A stretch of 42,015 nt of DNA. Origin: Octopus sinensis (lineage: Eukaryota). The stretch covers positions 1 through 42,015 of the forward strand of contig NW_021835270.1 in assembly GCF_006345805.1 (NCBI RefSeq). The letters are read 5' to 3'. Both the position numbers and the translations under genes were made by a program. Positions 23,522 to 37,072 of the stretch are shown one piece after another; within the stretch, counting starts at the first letter, position 1; each line of letters starts with the position of its first letter. The notes under the pieces were generated by a model that searched no databases, had not been told where the DNA came from, and saw only the letters and a list, made by a program, of their open reading frames with translations.

Positions 23522-24650
23522 GCCATTAATATCATTAACATCATATGTATTAGATTTTCGCTCAAGGCGTGTATTCATATACAAGCGATGTTTATATAGA
23601 ACTACTAATAGAAGCAAACACAGATAAACAAACACATTCACACAGAGCCGCATACAAACACAGGTACATTCATACGTGGTGTGATTATATGTGTTAGAAC
23701 GTATGTATACGCACATCTACACACACATACAGTTATATATATATACAAATGTATATGTATAAATATATAGATAGATTGAGAAAGAGAAGGGGAGAAGGGC
23801 TGATAGATAGATATGATTAAATACATACACACACACATATATATATATATGTGCATATATACAAGCATACGTGTAAGCATCTACATTCAAAAAGGAAAAG
23901 TTTGAATACATAAGAATACTTATATACTATAACTCAGTAAGCGTATATATGCACTCAGTATATTTGTTAATGTAGATAATGACCTCACAGTATTACATGA
24001 TTATGCATACATACAGTAACACTCGATGTACACACAGAAACACATTTATATTGATTCACAAACACTCATACATAACCATCCAAAGAAAGTGAAACTTCCA
24101 TACAAACGCATATAATTACAGCCAGAGGACCATGCGTACATACTTACATGCATATATGCCTGATATACCTTGTGTAAATGCACATATGCATATGTATATA
24201 TATGTATACATATATATGTGTGTGTGTATGTATACATATATACACACATATATACATATATATATAAATATATTCACACACACACACATATATATATACA
24301 TATATATATACACATATATATATGCACATATATATATATACGTATAAACATATATATGCATATATGTATAAATATATAGTATATGATATATATGCATATA
24401 CTTATATGTGTGTGTATTATATATACCTATTAATGTGCATGTAAGTACATAGGAATATAACACATGCATACATGCAAAAGCACATGTATATATATCTATA
24501 TCGCTCTCTCTCTTTCTCTCTCTATATATACATGTATATATAAATATATATATACATGTATATATATATTTATATTCATATACGTATATATATATATAAA
24601 TACATAGACATACACACACTTACATGTGTGTATGTATGTATGTACTTATA
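23145..24650. repeat. (TA)n/(CA)n/(TATG)n-rich field
   Basis: Direct reading. Confidence 0.85.
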
Positions 24651-25363
24651 GACACGTGTGTGTTCATATGTGCCTGGTGCCTCTCTCTGTGTCGCCATGT
24701 GTGGTGCGTGTTCCGGGAATATATAAGTAAGTAAATGTATGAAACAGAACAATCAGTGAAACCAACTTGTCAAGTTGTTGACAAAACCAGAAGGTAATCG
24801 ATGAAATGATGTAGCATGTTATATTGTCAAACATCAATAATTATATATCTATCATGTCATCAATCTGTTTTCTCTATTCTCCTATTTACTGTCACTGCTT
24901 AATTAAATGCTAAAGCAATATTGTCAGATTTACGTGCTATTTAATAAATCTTGTAATTAAATTTTAACCTTTACAGATGATCTGCCGGAGATAAATGTTG
25001 CTACGCTCCCGTTGATTTGAATGTTTGCGTTGCGATCAAGTTTCCGATGTTATGAATCAGCTGAAGGCCAGTTCAATTTATGTCATTAACCGTTTCATTT
25101 CCATTAAAATTTCCGTGTATCACATACACTGACGTAACTGACTTATTGTTTTCTCTAGATTTCAAGCCCTTTCTCCCAAGTCAGCACGAATTATATGGTT
25201 ATAAATTAGATGTCTATTCTTCAGATTCAATCCGTTGTTGTAGATTTGATGTCTATAAATTTCCTGCATATTAATACTTCAATCGATAGCAGTTTACCCG
25301 AACTCAGTTTGTGTTCACAGGTTGTCATATAAACTAAAGGCAACTTTGATTGGTCAAACTTAT

Positions 25364-25557
25364 CGATGGGGTACTGAAAAGTTCCTGACATTAAGGCCAT
25401 CTCGAAATGCCTGGCTGGAGGCCAAACGTTTGGAGTTCTTTTACAGGTTTTAGAAATACTGAAAATCTGCTGAAATATTTGGGTGAATCTGAGAGGGGAA
25501 TATGTTAAATAAAATCATAATTAACCGATCCTCCTGTATTTTCCTGTATTCAAAGCC
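25364..25557 (+). mobile_element. mariner-derived non-autonomous element retaining the transposase C-terminal tail
   Basis: Left end CGATGGGGTACTGAAAAGTTCCTG after TAT; 25483-25512 translates VNLRGEYVK*, like mariner C-termini (KCV..xGxYVE*); right end truncated at CAAAGCC. Confidence 0.55.
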
Positions 25558-26585
25558 ATCACCTTTACAGCAAACCGTCGTTCGATGAAAGCTGTCCCAG
25601 ATGCAACCATCCTATCTAGGACTATATTTTCCAATTTTGTCTTATATTCTGAATTTGATGATTCTCCCTTTGTTAAGACAGAAAGGCTTGCTTTCACGCA
25701 ATAAGGTTGCTATCTTCAACAGGCCGATGGGAACGTAGAGTCTCCTGGGATTTCTTACAGACATTGTCTGCCCTAGTAACGCTTCGTCTCCTCAAGTCAC
25801 CTTTCATGAATTTTCTTTTGCATGTTTAGAAGTAATTCTTACGAGACATATGGGTGTTTCCTCTCAACTTTTAATGACTCAATGCATTCTTTCTTATTCT
25901 GAGGTATTACTAATACAATTTGATTGTAATAGTTTGTTAGTACTGTTATCATTAGATATGGTTATTGTAGCAGAGGTGTAGGTGATGATGATCGTAATGA
26001 AGATGACAAAGATGCTGAAAGTAAAGATCTTGGTGATGATGACCATTATGGTGAGGTGGTTGCTGCCTAGTTTGCATTTCGGCCAATAAGTTTAATTGCA
26101 AATCCTAGAAACAGTATTTTAAAAAATACATGCTCCGCATGATCAGTCATATGGTCTGTATAAGTCTTTGTATATACCAGACGTTGGTTGATGCAAGAAA
26201 TCTGACCTGTTTAAAATTTGTCTGATGATGGCAGTATTATGTGTAATGATATAATCTTTTATGAATGGATTAATAAAATTCTTCCGTAGCCGTTGTAAAT
26301 TTTACACGAGACGCCATTTGTGTTTATTTTATATCTATATTACACCAAGGACAAACCCCAGAGTCAAATCTATGGTTTAAATTCGATTTGGTACCTGCAT
26401 ATCTACAGTATCCCGGCAACAATTGATATATTCAATGTTGTTTACCTATGATATCGTACCTAGCCATTGCTTGGTTTTATTGAATCCTTATAATTAAATT
26501 ATATATGTATGTGTGTGTGCGTGTGTGGGTGCATCGGTGTGTGTGTGCGTGTGTGGGTGCATCGGTGTGTGTGTGTGCGAGTGTG

Positions 26586-26616
<31 letters not shown>

Positions 26617-28289
26617 TATGTATGTGTCTAAGTATGTATGTGCGTGTCTATATACATATATAAACATACACATATACATATGAATTGACCCTCTTTTTCC
26701 CTTCTCTCAGCACATATGTGTGTGCCTGTACGCATTTATCAGCGTGTACTTGTGTGTGTTTGTGTGTGTATACACGTATAAGAACACAACAAAATTTGAA
26801 ATCATGTCTATAATCATAAAATATAACACTTAGTGAAGGCAAAGTTAAAACGTTCGTTTAAGTTATTTGGAGGGAAACTAGTGTTTTTTGTCGATAGCTT
26901 CGTGAATAGCCCGAATGTGTGTAATTACCCACATTATTAACCTACATATCCTGTATCTTAAGTAATATATCGGTGAGACTTTTGTAATAAATCTAACTTC
27001 TATAAGGATCTAATTCAAGAAGATATCCCCAGGTGTTTCGACAATGTCACCATGTTCGGTTTTAACATCGTTTCCAGATGGTGAATCTCTTCGAACAGAT
27101 AAACCATCTTCGCATGTTATAATGAATCATTAGATAACCAAATTGTTTTGACTCATGGTCGTTTCATCAATCCCATCTCTTCTCATCAGGCAGGAAGTTT
27201 CGGTTTTTATATTACGACCTTGGAAATCAAATGTACTGTCGTGCACTCTACTAGGCCTAGGATGTAGGATAGCTGAGCCTATTCACCTTCAAAACATTGC
27301 AATTACGCTGTTGGACATGACCGACAAGCTACTGATGTAAAACAAATTGGAAATTTAAAGATGCGCCAAAAGGGACATTTAGTGTGCTTAGAACTACGTA
27401 CTTGGAGAGTGAAATGAAGTTCAGTCAGCATCTGATGCTAGACATTACACTCAGTTAATCAGCTTGGTTTCTTTAACTATCCTGACCTCAAGAAGGTTAA
27501 GAATTGGGACGGGGATAAGAAAAAACGGGGGTTTTCTTTCAACGAACGATGTCATTGTAAGAGACCTTTCTGAAAATATTCCAAGCACTAAGAGCATACA
27601 CTTCCCTCTTGGGCCAGGGCACTATAAAATAATATTTGGAAAAAAAAGGGACAACGGAATGGCAGGCGTTACCTTCCAGTATAGTTCCTGAAAAGGGGGC
27701 AATAGTGGTGAGTATGAGTGGAGAGAATGTGCATCTTCTAAGCATACACATGTAGGGGGTAGATAATACGAACGAAGCAGGGCACAGACGTTTGGTAGTA
27801 AGTCTATCATTGGATTTGTGGACACACAAGGATGTCTCCTATTAAATTAACTGACTAAATGCATTCTTTTAAACTTATATCAATTCAAATATATGATAGG
27901 ATAACTTTATTTAGTATATCTTTGGTAGTGATGGTGGAGGCGGTTGTATTAATGATAGTGATTGCGGTAGTGTTGAGAGGGAGGCGGTAGAGGCGACGGA
28001 AGCAGTGTTGGCAATGGCAGTAGTGTTGTTATTGTTGTTGTTGGCGGCGGTGCAGCTACTGAGGCGGCGGTGTTAATAAAACAAACTGTGTACTGGCGGC
28101 AATCCAATCAATTCACTTAACTGTAAGATATATCAATTGTTATGAAATAATCCGTTACAGGTTTAGATGCCGTATTGTAATTTATAGAACGGATCAGCGA
28201 CTTTAAGGATACAGTTGACTAATTGAATTAGTGTTTCATTTTAATTATCATCACTTTTACTTTTGTTGTTGTTATAGCTATTATGAAAT

Positions 28290-28451
28290 ACATATATATG
28301 CATGTGTGTGTGTGTGTGTGTGTGTGTGTTGTGTGTGTGTGTGCGTGTGTGTGTGTATGTATGTATGTATGTATGCATGTACACATGTATGTGCAGATAG
28401 ATAAAAATAGAGTAAGACATATACATATATATACATATAAGTCCATATGTA

Positions 28452-28521
<70 letters not shown>

Positions 28522-28595
28522 TGCGTGTGTGTGTGTGTGTATTGGCTGACGACTAGCATCACGCTTGAAACTCAAGAGTACCAAATTTTTTTATC

Positions 28596-28657
<62 letters not shown>

Positions 28658-28920
28658 GTATGTATTTATGTATGTGCATACACATACATATACAAGCATA
28701 AACAAACAAGCACGCATACACACATATCTGCACGCACACACACGTGCACACATGCACGCACGTACACACACACACATATATATATATAAATAAATATATA
28801 TATATATATACATATACACACAGACACACACAGACATATATATATACATACACACGCACATTTTATATATATACACACACACACACACACATATATACGT
28901 GCACACACACAAACATATAT
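28290..28920. repeat. (TG)n/(TA)n/(CA)n microsatellite field
   Basis: Direct reading. Confidence 0.9.
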
Positions 28921-29585
28921 ATACTGCTACTTAAATTTCCAGTTGATCCAACTTCATGAGAAACCCGCGATACGACAAAGGCATCAACGGTGGTTTCACA
29001 TCATCGGTGTAGCGGTGTAACGTTATAATAATTTAAACTGTTTAATTATAAAGAAATATTTCGTGTCAATGAAAGCCATTCAACGGAAAAGTGAAAATCG
29101 CGTTGAATTTCTACTGAAGTACAGTCATTCATAAATGAAAATTATGACGCCATGATTGGTCAAATGGATAATATCATAATTCATTCAATCGTGATCGAAT
29201 TTATGTTATTTATTTGAATAAGTCATTAAAATCGAACGAATTTGCAATAAGGTAAAACAAAATGTGATATAACATAAATATGATATCAGGAAATTTGTTT
29301 TGAATAAAACACACATATACATGTATGCAAGGCAAGCGTACTTATATATAATCATGCGAACTTAGGCACATAAGTTGTAAGCAAAATACACACCATATTG
29401 CACATACATACAGCAATAGAGGTTCACAAAAGAAAATACACACACTTATACGAACACACATGTGTACACGTGTGTGTGTGCGCGCCGTGGTTAAAGGGGT
29501 TGTTGGGGAAAAGTTGAATATGTAGAGGTTTCAGATTCAAGTAAAGCAATATTGCTGGCGACAACGACACCAACGAAGAAGATAA

Positions 29586-29676
29586 GGAGGAGGAGGAGGA
29601 GGAAGAGGAGGACAACGACGACGAGAAGAAGAAGAAGAAGAAGACGACGACAACGAAGAAGAAGAAGAAGAAGAAG

Positions 29677-29704
<28 letters not shown>
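29586..29704. repeat. (GGA)n(CGA)n(AGA)n purine-rich array
   Basis: Direct reading. Confidence 0.92.
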
Positions 29705-29707
<3 letters not shown>

Positions 29708-31169
29708 CTTAGCAGAAGAAAATGGAGATCAAATACAAGATCTGTATCAGCTCCGGCAACGACGATGACTACAGCAACATGATTAGCAGCGAGATTAGAA
29801 ATAATTTCAAAATCAAGAACAGAAAAGGAATAATAACAATTAAAAAACAGGTAAATAATGTGGAGGTTATCCCCGTGGAAAACATTAAGAAATCTTAAGA
29901 CGTGTCTATTTGGTTGTCTCTCAATATGAACACTTAAAACTAATTATATGGAACGAAAGATATTTCTTTTAAATTCGATAACATTATAATAATGATAACG
30001 ATAATTTCTTTATTTATCATAATGGCTACACCAGTAAAAGATTCATGACATTTCGGTGTCGAAGAGGTCAAATATTTCAACAAAATACAGATGATATCAT
30101 GCGATATAAATTTCCATTTGTAATCCTTTGTGACTGTTTCAACGTACTAACGGATTACAACTTTGTTTTACAAGAAAATTAACTAAAACTACAGATAGGT
30201 CAGGAATGACCTTTATTTAACAACAGGTTTTACAGTGAACAAGAAGGCAATAAAGTCGATGTTTCGGAAAGCCGTTCTTCATCAATAAGAGAGTTTTTTT
30301 TTTTAATTTCGAACCGAATATTAGGTAGAAATCGTTGCTGGTTATAGCAGAGACAATGACGAATGGAAGCAGGGATGAAGAGCAAATTTATGGCAGCGTT
30401 TTTGTATTAGCCAAAATAGTGGGAGATGGAGTGTAAACGAAGGTAGCCCCAATGGGTTCATGATATGAGAACCTATTATGCATGGATGTGCTTGTACAGA
30501 AATATGTGTGGATGTGTGTAGGGGAGTGTTTGGTATGTGTGTGTACGAGTGTCCGATAGAGGAAGTTGAGGTTGGTGAAGTGTATTCTCGTGAATGATGC
30601 CAACAGATGGATAGTGTGTATATTTGTGCGTGTTTGATAGAGGGCTAAGAATGTTCTTGTACATGTGTGTGCGTATGTGCTTGCGATGAGAAATCATGCC
30701 CGCAAGAGATTATTTTTCGATGTGATGGTGTTTTAAGACAGCTTCGGTGGTAAATTTAGTATTCATGATGCAAGTAAAAGCCAATTATGTGAAACAGTCC
30801 ATGAGACGGGAATATGTTGATAACTATCACCAGGTGTATAGTAATGGTATGATATATACTAGGGTGATCCAATCTCTTTGCTTCGGATTTTTTAAACGTT
30901 TTCTTTAAAGCAATCAGCATGTCCTGGGAGCCTTCTCTTATGCATACAACAGACCACAAAATTGGCATTTTCTGCATTAAATTATATGATAGAGATTCAG
31001 ACAAATTGTTCGGCAATGTGAAAGCATGAGTTTAGTCGGTATAGTGTGGTGATGTTCAGTACGAGGTCAAAGTTATTGCAGGGGGAGTTTGCGTATGAGA
31101 AACATCCAAATCTTTGGTGGCGAGGTGAAAGAACAATGAATCAAAAGTTTACGACGGCTGGAAGTTCGG

Positions 31170-31211
31170 CAGCAGCGACAACAGCAGCAGCAGCAGCAGT
31201 AGTAGTGGTAA

Positions 31212-31253
<42 letters not shown>

Positions 31254-31283
31254 CAGCAGCAGCAGTAGGAGTAGTAGTAGTAT
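31170..31283. repeat. (GCA)n(GTA)n array
   Basis: Direct reading. Confidence 0.92.
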
Positions 31284-31830
31284 AAACTGAAATTATTTAC
31301 ATTATGCCTAATCTAAAAAATTATCGGTGTTGCTTGCTACATCTCTTAATGTTTATCGTTACTAAGATCCATTGTACTGGATGTTATTTATTACTACACG
31401 TGTTTCATATTGTTTTCCTTTCCCGCTGGGGACGAGTTAAAGAGCCAACCCGACATCGAGTTTTTCAAGTACACGTAGTAGTGGAACTATTTTCATAACT
31501 GACCGATGTAGCCCAATAACATTGATTCCTCAGTCAATTTCGGACGACCTTTTTTCCCCATTGGGAACCCAGCCTGAGAGGTTCGAAATGCCGTCTATGT
31601 TTACTGACTGGTTTCAACACGCAGCATACTGCCTCCGTTACTGGAATCGTCGAAGACATTTCCACAGCACCTGAGTAGAACCTTTTTGTACTCTGCCACG
31701 TTTGATATTAACATGACACTATCATATAACCGAATGTCAAGAGTTACGGTGTGGAGGTGTAGTGGTTTAATATTTATAAGGTAGAAAAGGATAAACAAAA
31801 TATTAGCTTCCTTAATAACCTTCCAACCAG

Positions 31831-32005
31831 ACATCGATCTGATGATACTATGAACTTGCGCTGCATCCGGTGGTCTAGAAGCGGTTTTGGTTTCAACGTA
31901 GCCAATTACAATGCTAGTATAATTCGGGCCTATCACATTGACAACAAGTACGCCCCATTACTGTGTTGCTACTTGTCTTCTTTAGAAAAGGAACAGAATT
32001 TGAAA
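31831..32005 (+). other. candidate internal coding exon (unidentified)
   Basis: ..CTTCCAACCAG acceptor, 58 stop-free codons (HRSDDTMNLRCIRWSRSGFGFNVANY..EKEQNLK), GTGAGA donor; no family recognised. Confidence 0.25.
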
Positions 32006-32124
32006 GTGAGATTATGTTAAGCTAAGTGTATGAGATTATCTTGAGTGAGTTGGTTTTGAGTATAATGTTACAAATCAAGTATTTCAGGCCAAGGAAATAA
32101 TCTCTGTGGGGGATAAAAGAATGA

Positions 32125-32306
32125 GACAGCAAGCTGGCAGAAACGTTAGCACGCTTACGTTCTGAGTTCAAATTTCGCCGAGGTCGACTTTGCATTTCAT
32201 TCTTTCGGTGTCGATAAATTAAGTACCAGTTGCGTGCTGGAGTCGATCCATTCGACTGGTCCCCCACCCTAATATTTCGGGCCTTGTGCCTATAGAAGAA
32301 AAAAAA
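32125..32306 (+). mobile_element. SINE family B with an internal deletion and the alternative tail
   Basis: AGCTGGCAGAAACGTTAGCACGC|TTACGTTCTGAGTTCAAATTTCGCCGAGGTCGAC..ATTTCGGGCCTTGTGCCTATAG. Confidence 0.8.
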
Positions 32307-32588
32307 TTACACCTAGCAGTTACTTACAATTAGTATACGTATAATGCGCGGTATCCCTCGTTTTCTTTTGTGCGGAATTCGAGGAAAAGTCGACTGGTCC
32401 CCTCCCCCAAAATTAGCAAAGATAAAAGAATAAAGTGTATTGACTAAAACGAGCAAAAGAATCTAGGAAGGACAAGAATAAAGATGAGAGATTTGAAAAC
32501 CCAGTAGATGTGGGTGCTGTGATAGAAGTGTGATGAAAGAGCTTGAACTAAGAGTGACAAGAGCTGGTCGTAGTATTTGTGACACTAA

Positions 32589-32771
32589 AATAATAATAAT
32601 AATAATGATAATAATAATAATAATAATAATAATGATAATTATAATGATAATAATAATAATTATAATAATAATTATAATAATAATTATAATAATAATGATA
32701 ATAATAATAATGATAATAATAATGATAATAATAATAATTATAATTATAATGATAATAAAAATAATAATAAT

Positions 32772-32820
<49 letters not shown>

Positions 32821-32888
32821 TTGATAATAATAATGATAATAATAATAATTATAATTATAATTATAATAATAATAATAATAATGATAAT

Positions 32889-32948
<60 letters not shown>

Positions 32949-32984
32949 TATAATGATAATAATAATAATAATTATAATAATAAT

Positions 32985-33040
<56 letters not shown>
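32589..33040. repeat. about 450-bp (ATA)n array with ATT/ATG variant units
   Basis: Direct reading. Confidence 0.97.
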
Positions 33041-33041
<1 letters not shown>

Positions 33042-34452
33042 GCTGAAGAATGAATATGGTGTGCGTGTATTTATTTGGCAAAAAACCATGACCATCCTGA
33101 AATATAACAATATTCAGTTGGATAGTTACAGTCAAACAAAATGGGTCGCCGAGGTATTGACATTATGGGTCTTAGCGAGGGAATAAACTGGGTAATGTGT
33201 GGATGACGATGTAGGGGTCTATGGAAAGATGGTGAGAAGGAGAGTTGAATTTGTATATCGGAGTGGATACAAATAGTATGTTGAGGAGGGTGGGTGTCTA
33301 GGAAGAAACTTACACTCACTTACGAGCAGTTGAACGTTAAACAATTGTCATTGCTTAACACGTCCAACAACTCCGAACTTTGGTAACAACGCCGACCTGC
33401 TAAATAACGTCAACTCCAAAGTTACGGACATGCATTCTACGGTTTCACACCATCTCATCTGCATTCACGCCAAATATACTGTTCTTTATTCATATTTCCC
33501 CCGTCGCATCTGCAACTGAGACGCCAATGGTGATTCTCTATAGCAACAGATATTTCTAAGTTACTACAATGTTATTAAAGCTAACCTGTTAGTGTCACTT
33601 CTCGTTGTCTTTCTGCCTCGTATCCACGCCACCACCATCTTTCACCACCATCTTTCCCTTCACTAGTAATGTCACCATAATTTCTCTTAGCACTACATCT
33701 TATATCCATCCTATCTATCCTTTCCTTCAGATACAAATGCACGCACACAATCTCCGTAATATTCTTCCTCATTAGAACACACGTCCTTCTATTCAGGACT
33801 TCAACGCAAAACTTCAAGCGAGCTCATATTTTCAAATCGACGACTTTTCTTCCTCCATCTCTCCAATAACATCGTAGTTACTGCATGAAATTCCAAATCT
33901 GCAGATTGTTGTATACATGCCTGGAAGGTTGTGCATTTGCCCATCACTTTACGTAACACGTAAAACAGTCATAACTAACTGCAACTATGATAGCTTTAAT
34001 ATTGTTCTACCCCATGGAGCTCCAGTTTATCGTATGCAACGGGAACAGCAATCATTTTCCCGGCCTAAAACTACACACGATACTGGGATTAAGAGTCTCA
34101 AACCTTTACTCAATAACCCAACAACGATAAACAACCTCATCAGTTCTCTTCCCTCACACACTAAGACTATCATGATTCTTCACAACCGTTTCTGGGTGAG
34201 ATGTAACAGTCTAATTCCAGTAACTGAATATTCACCGTCTTTCTTTCTATTAAAGATTAAATCCTTTTCGTAAGTGTCCGACATTTGATGTAACATCATT
34301 TACATATATAAAAGTACCTCGTTACATCGTAGTATAAGCTGGAGCAAATCATGCATTCAACGTCTGTAGTAATAATTTTTTCTTCTATAAGCACAAATGT
34401 GTGAAATTTTATATGAGGAGGATGAGACGATTACATAGACGCCTGTGTCTGT

Positions 34453-34573
34453 CTGGTACTTATTTCATTGACCTAGAAGGATGAAAGGCAAAGTCGAACT
34501 CGGAGGAATTTGAATTCAAATCGTAAATACGGGCGAAATGCCACAAGTATTTTGTCTGGCCTGCAAACGATTC
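34453..34573 (-). mobile_element. older diverged SINE family B fragment
   Basis: CTGGTACTTATTTC..AAAGTCGAACTCGGAGGAATTTGAA..AAACGATTC. Confidence 0.7.
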
Positions 34574-35146
34574 CTATTTCTTTAATGCCCACAAGGGACT
34601 ACAAGGACAGACAAAGGGATAAAGTCGATTATATCGAACCCAGTGCGTAACTGGTACTTATTTAATCGACCCCGAAAGGATGAAAGACAAAGTCGACCTC
34701 GGCAGAATTTGAACTCAGAACGTAGCGGCAGGCGAAATACCTATTTCTTTACCACCCACAAGGGGCTAAACATGGAGAGGACAAACAAGGACCGACAAAC
34801 GGATTAAGTCGATTACATCGACCCCAGTGTGTAACTGGTACTTATTTAATCGACCCCGAAAGGATTAAAAGCAAAGTAGACCTCGGCAGAATTTGAACTC
34901 ACAACGTAACGGCAGACGATTTACCTATTTCTTTACAAGGGGCTAAACACAGAGAGGACAAACAAGGACAGACAAAAGTATTAAGTCGATTACATCGACC
35001 CCAGTGCGTAACTGGTATTTATTTAATCAACCCCGAAAGGATGAAAGGCAAAGTCGACCTTGGCGGAATTTGAACTCGGAACGTAACGCCAGACGAAATA
35101 CGGCTACGCATTTCGCCCGGTGTGTTAACGATTCGGCCAGCTCGCC
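34574..35146 (-). mobile_element. head-to-tail SINE-B trimer (34574-34740, 34741-34924, 34925-35146)
   Basis: Each unit starts CTATTTCTTTA on the + strand; only the last unit retains the 5' head. Confidence 0.9.
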
Positions 35147-35941
35147 ACGCCTTAACATCTAAAGTAATAATGACTCCAGTGTCAATTCGTCCAAAATTTA
35201 TTTACAATGCATGACATTTCTTGCTATAAGACGCGAGCAGAGACAGGTGTATGTTGCATCACTCCTTCATCTGAATAGAGTAAGGATATTGGCTGAGCTG
35301 CGGACAGCCACCCGTTGCCGACAAACAAATCCTGTCAAGTACTTACAAGTCAAGTGGTGAAGTTAGTATAGCTTCACTCAAACTGTATTTTCATTTTACA
35401 ACATCTGCAGCTGTTGTGGCATTTTTGTTGAATTGTTGTTGAAAACGACGACGAAGTTGACGATGATGACAACGATGTTAATGATGGTTGTGGTTGTGGT
35501 GTTGGCGGTGATGATGATAATGAAGTGCGGAGTACTAGTTATTGTTGTGGAAAGGAATATATGTCGCATGGAATTTGTGAAGGTCTTAATTTTTTATTGA
35601 ACGAAGAATGCATTATATTATTATACCCAAGTGTTTGTATATGTGCCTGTCTGAATGTACACAGCCGTTGATGAGTGTCGCTTCGTAGTCATTAAGTTCC
35701 CGAGTTCAACCTTCAATTCACACAACCCACCATCTTAAAAGAAGAAAAATAAAGGAAGGACATACTGGAAAATATAGCTGTGGGTAAAGTGTTTGAAAAA
35801 CAAACTCGGATGAACTAAGGTTGGAATATTTAAATTATAGATCTGTTCGATTAAGGTTGAATTAATGCTTAACTACAATATCATTGACACTAGTTACTGT
35901 TAGGTGGGGTTATAACCTGAGTAAAGCTGTAATAAACTTCA

Positions 35942-36050
35942 GGCGTAGGAGTGACTGTGTGGTAAGTAGCTTGCTTACCAACCACATGGTTCCGTGTTCA
36001 GTCTCACTGCGTGGCACCTACAATAACCTCGGGATTTGGTAGACGGAAAG

Positions 36051-36140
<90 letters not shown>

Positions 36141-36340
36141 CTGTGTTTGTCCCCCCAACATCGCTTGACAACCGATGCTGGTGTGGTTACGTCCCCGTAA
36201 CATAGCGATTCAGGCGAAAGAGACCGATAGAATAAGTACTAGGCTTACAAAGAATAAGTCCTGGGGTCGATTTGCTCGACTAAAGGCGGTGCTCCGGCAT
36301 GGCCACAGTCAAATGACTGAAAGAAGTAAAAGAGCATATC
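35942..36340 (+). mobile_element. SINE family A with small deletions, 9-bp TSD
   Basis: ATAAACTTC at 35932-35940 and 36341-36349. Confidence 0.88.
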
Positions 36341-36887
36341 ATAAACTTCCAACGGGTTTGTCAGTAAGTGATGGCTACCCTAAGCGTATCCAATTTCCGT
36401 ACTGACCTCATGTATCGGTATATAATCAATGTTGCATAATCAATATATCATCAAACCAGAATTTCTGCCTTTTCCCCATGTTTATTCAATAACAGCAACA
36501 GTAGTATTCACTGTCACAACTGCAACAGCAACAACAGCAGTAGAAAGATGAGCGGAAATATAACAACCAACATATTAATGTCTTTCGCTATTAATACCAA
36601 CAGCTACTATGCTTGACTTGCTAAGAATAATAACAAAGTTCTGTCAAATCACATCGTATTCGCTACTAAATAGTGTAGTCCTACAGACATCTAAAGAATC
36701 GCTGTGATGACGAGGAGTAGAATAGCTTTCGATATAGGTCGATGTGAACAGCAGTAACAACAATAACGAAATCTTTGTGACCGATTATAAGCACCGCGAT
36801 GTTTAGTACAAAGTTAATGGCCTAAAGTTCACCTTTTGCATTATGTCATTTGTCTTCATTAATATATAATATAAAATAGCCAACAGT

Positions 36888-37035
36888 CAGGAGTGGCTGT
36901 GTGGTAAGTAGCTTGCTAACCAACCACATAGTTCCGGGTTCAGTCCCACTGCGTGGCATCTTGGGCAAGTGTCTTCTGCTATAGCCCCGGGCCGACCAAT
37001 GCCTTGTGAGTGGATTTGGTAGACGGAAGCCTGTC

Positions 37036-37072
<37 letters not shown>

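Noticed and set aside
27140-27195. Minus-strand CTGATGA..GAAAC resembling a hammerhead
   Set aside because: The intervening sequence cannot form stem II, and no stem I pairing is present.
26950-27830. Non-repetitive stretch with 60-96 aa ORFs
   Set aside because: No recognisable motif or consistent splice structure; ORF lengths are within chance.
29146-29162. TGACG and CCAAT-box-like motif as a promoter
   Set aside because: Short motifs expected by chance; no associated gene or CpG-rich context.
32463-33186. 195-218 aa ORFs on both strands (poly-I, poly-Y)
   Set aside because: Translations of the (ATA)n array, which has no stops in those frames; no domain content.
34574-35146. CRISPR-like regular repeat
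   Set aside because: The units are whole SINE bodies without unique spacers, in a eukaryotic context.
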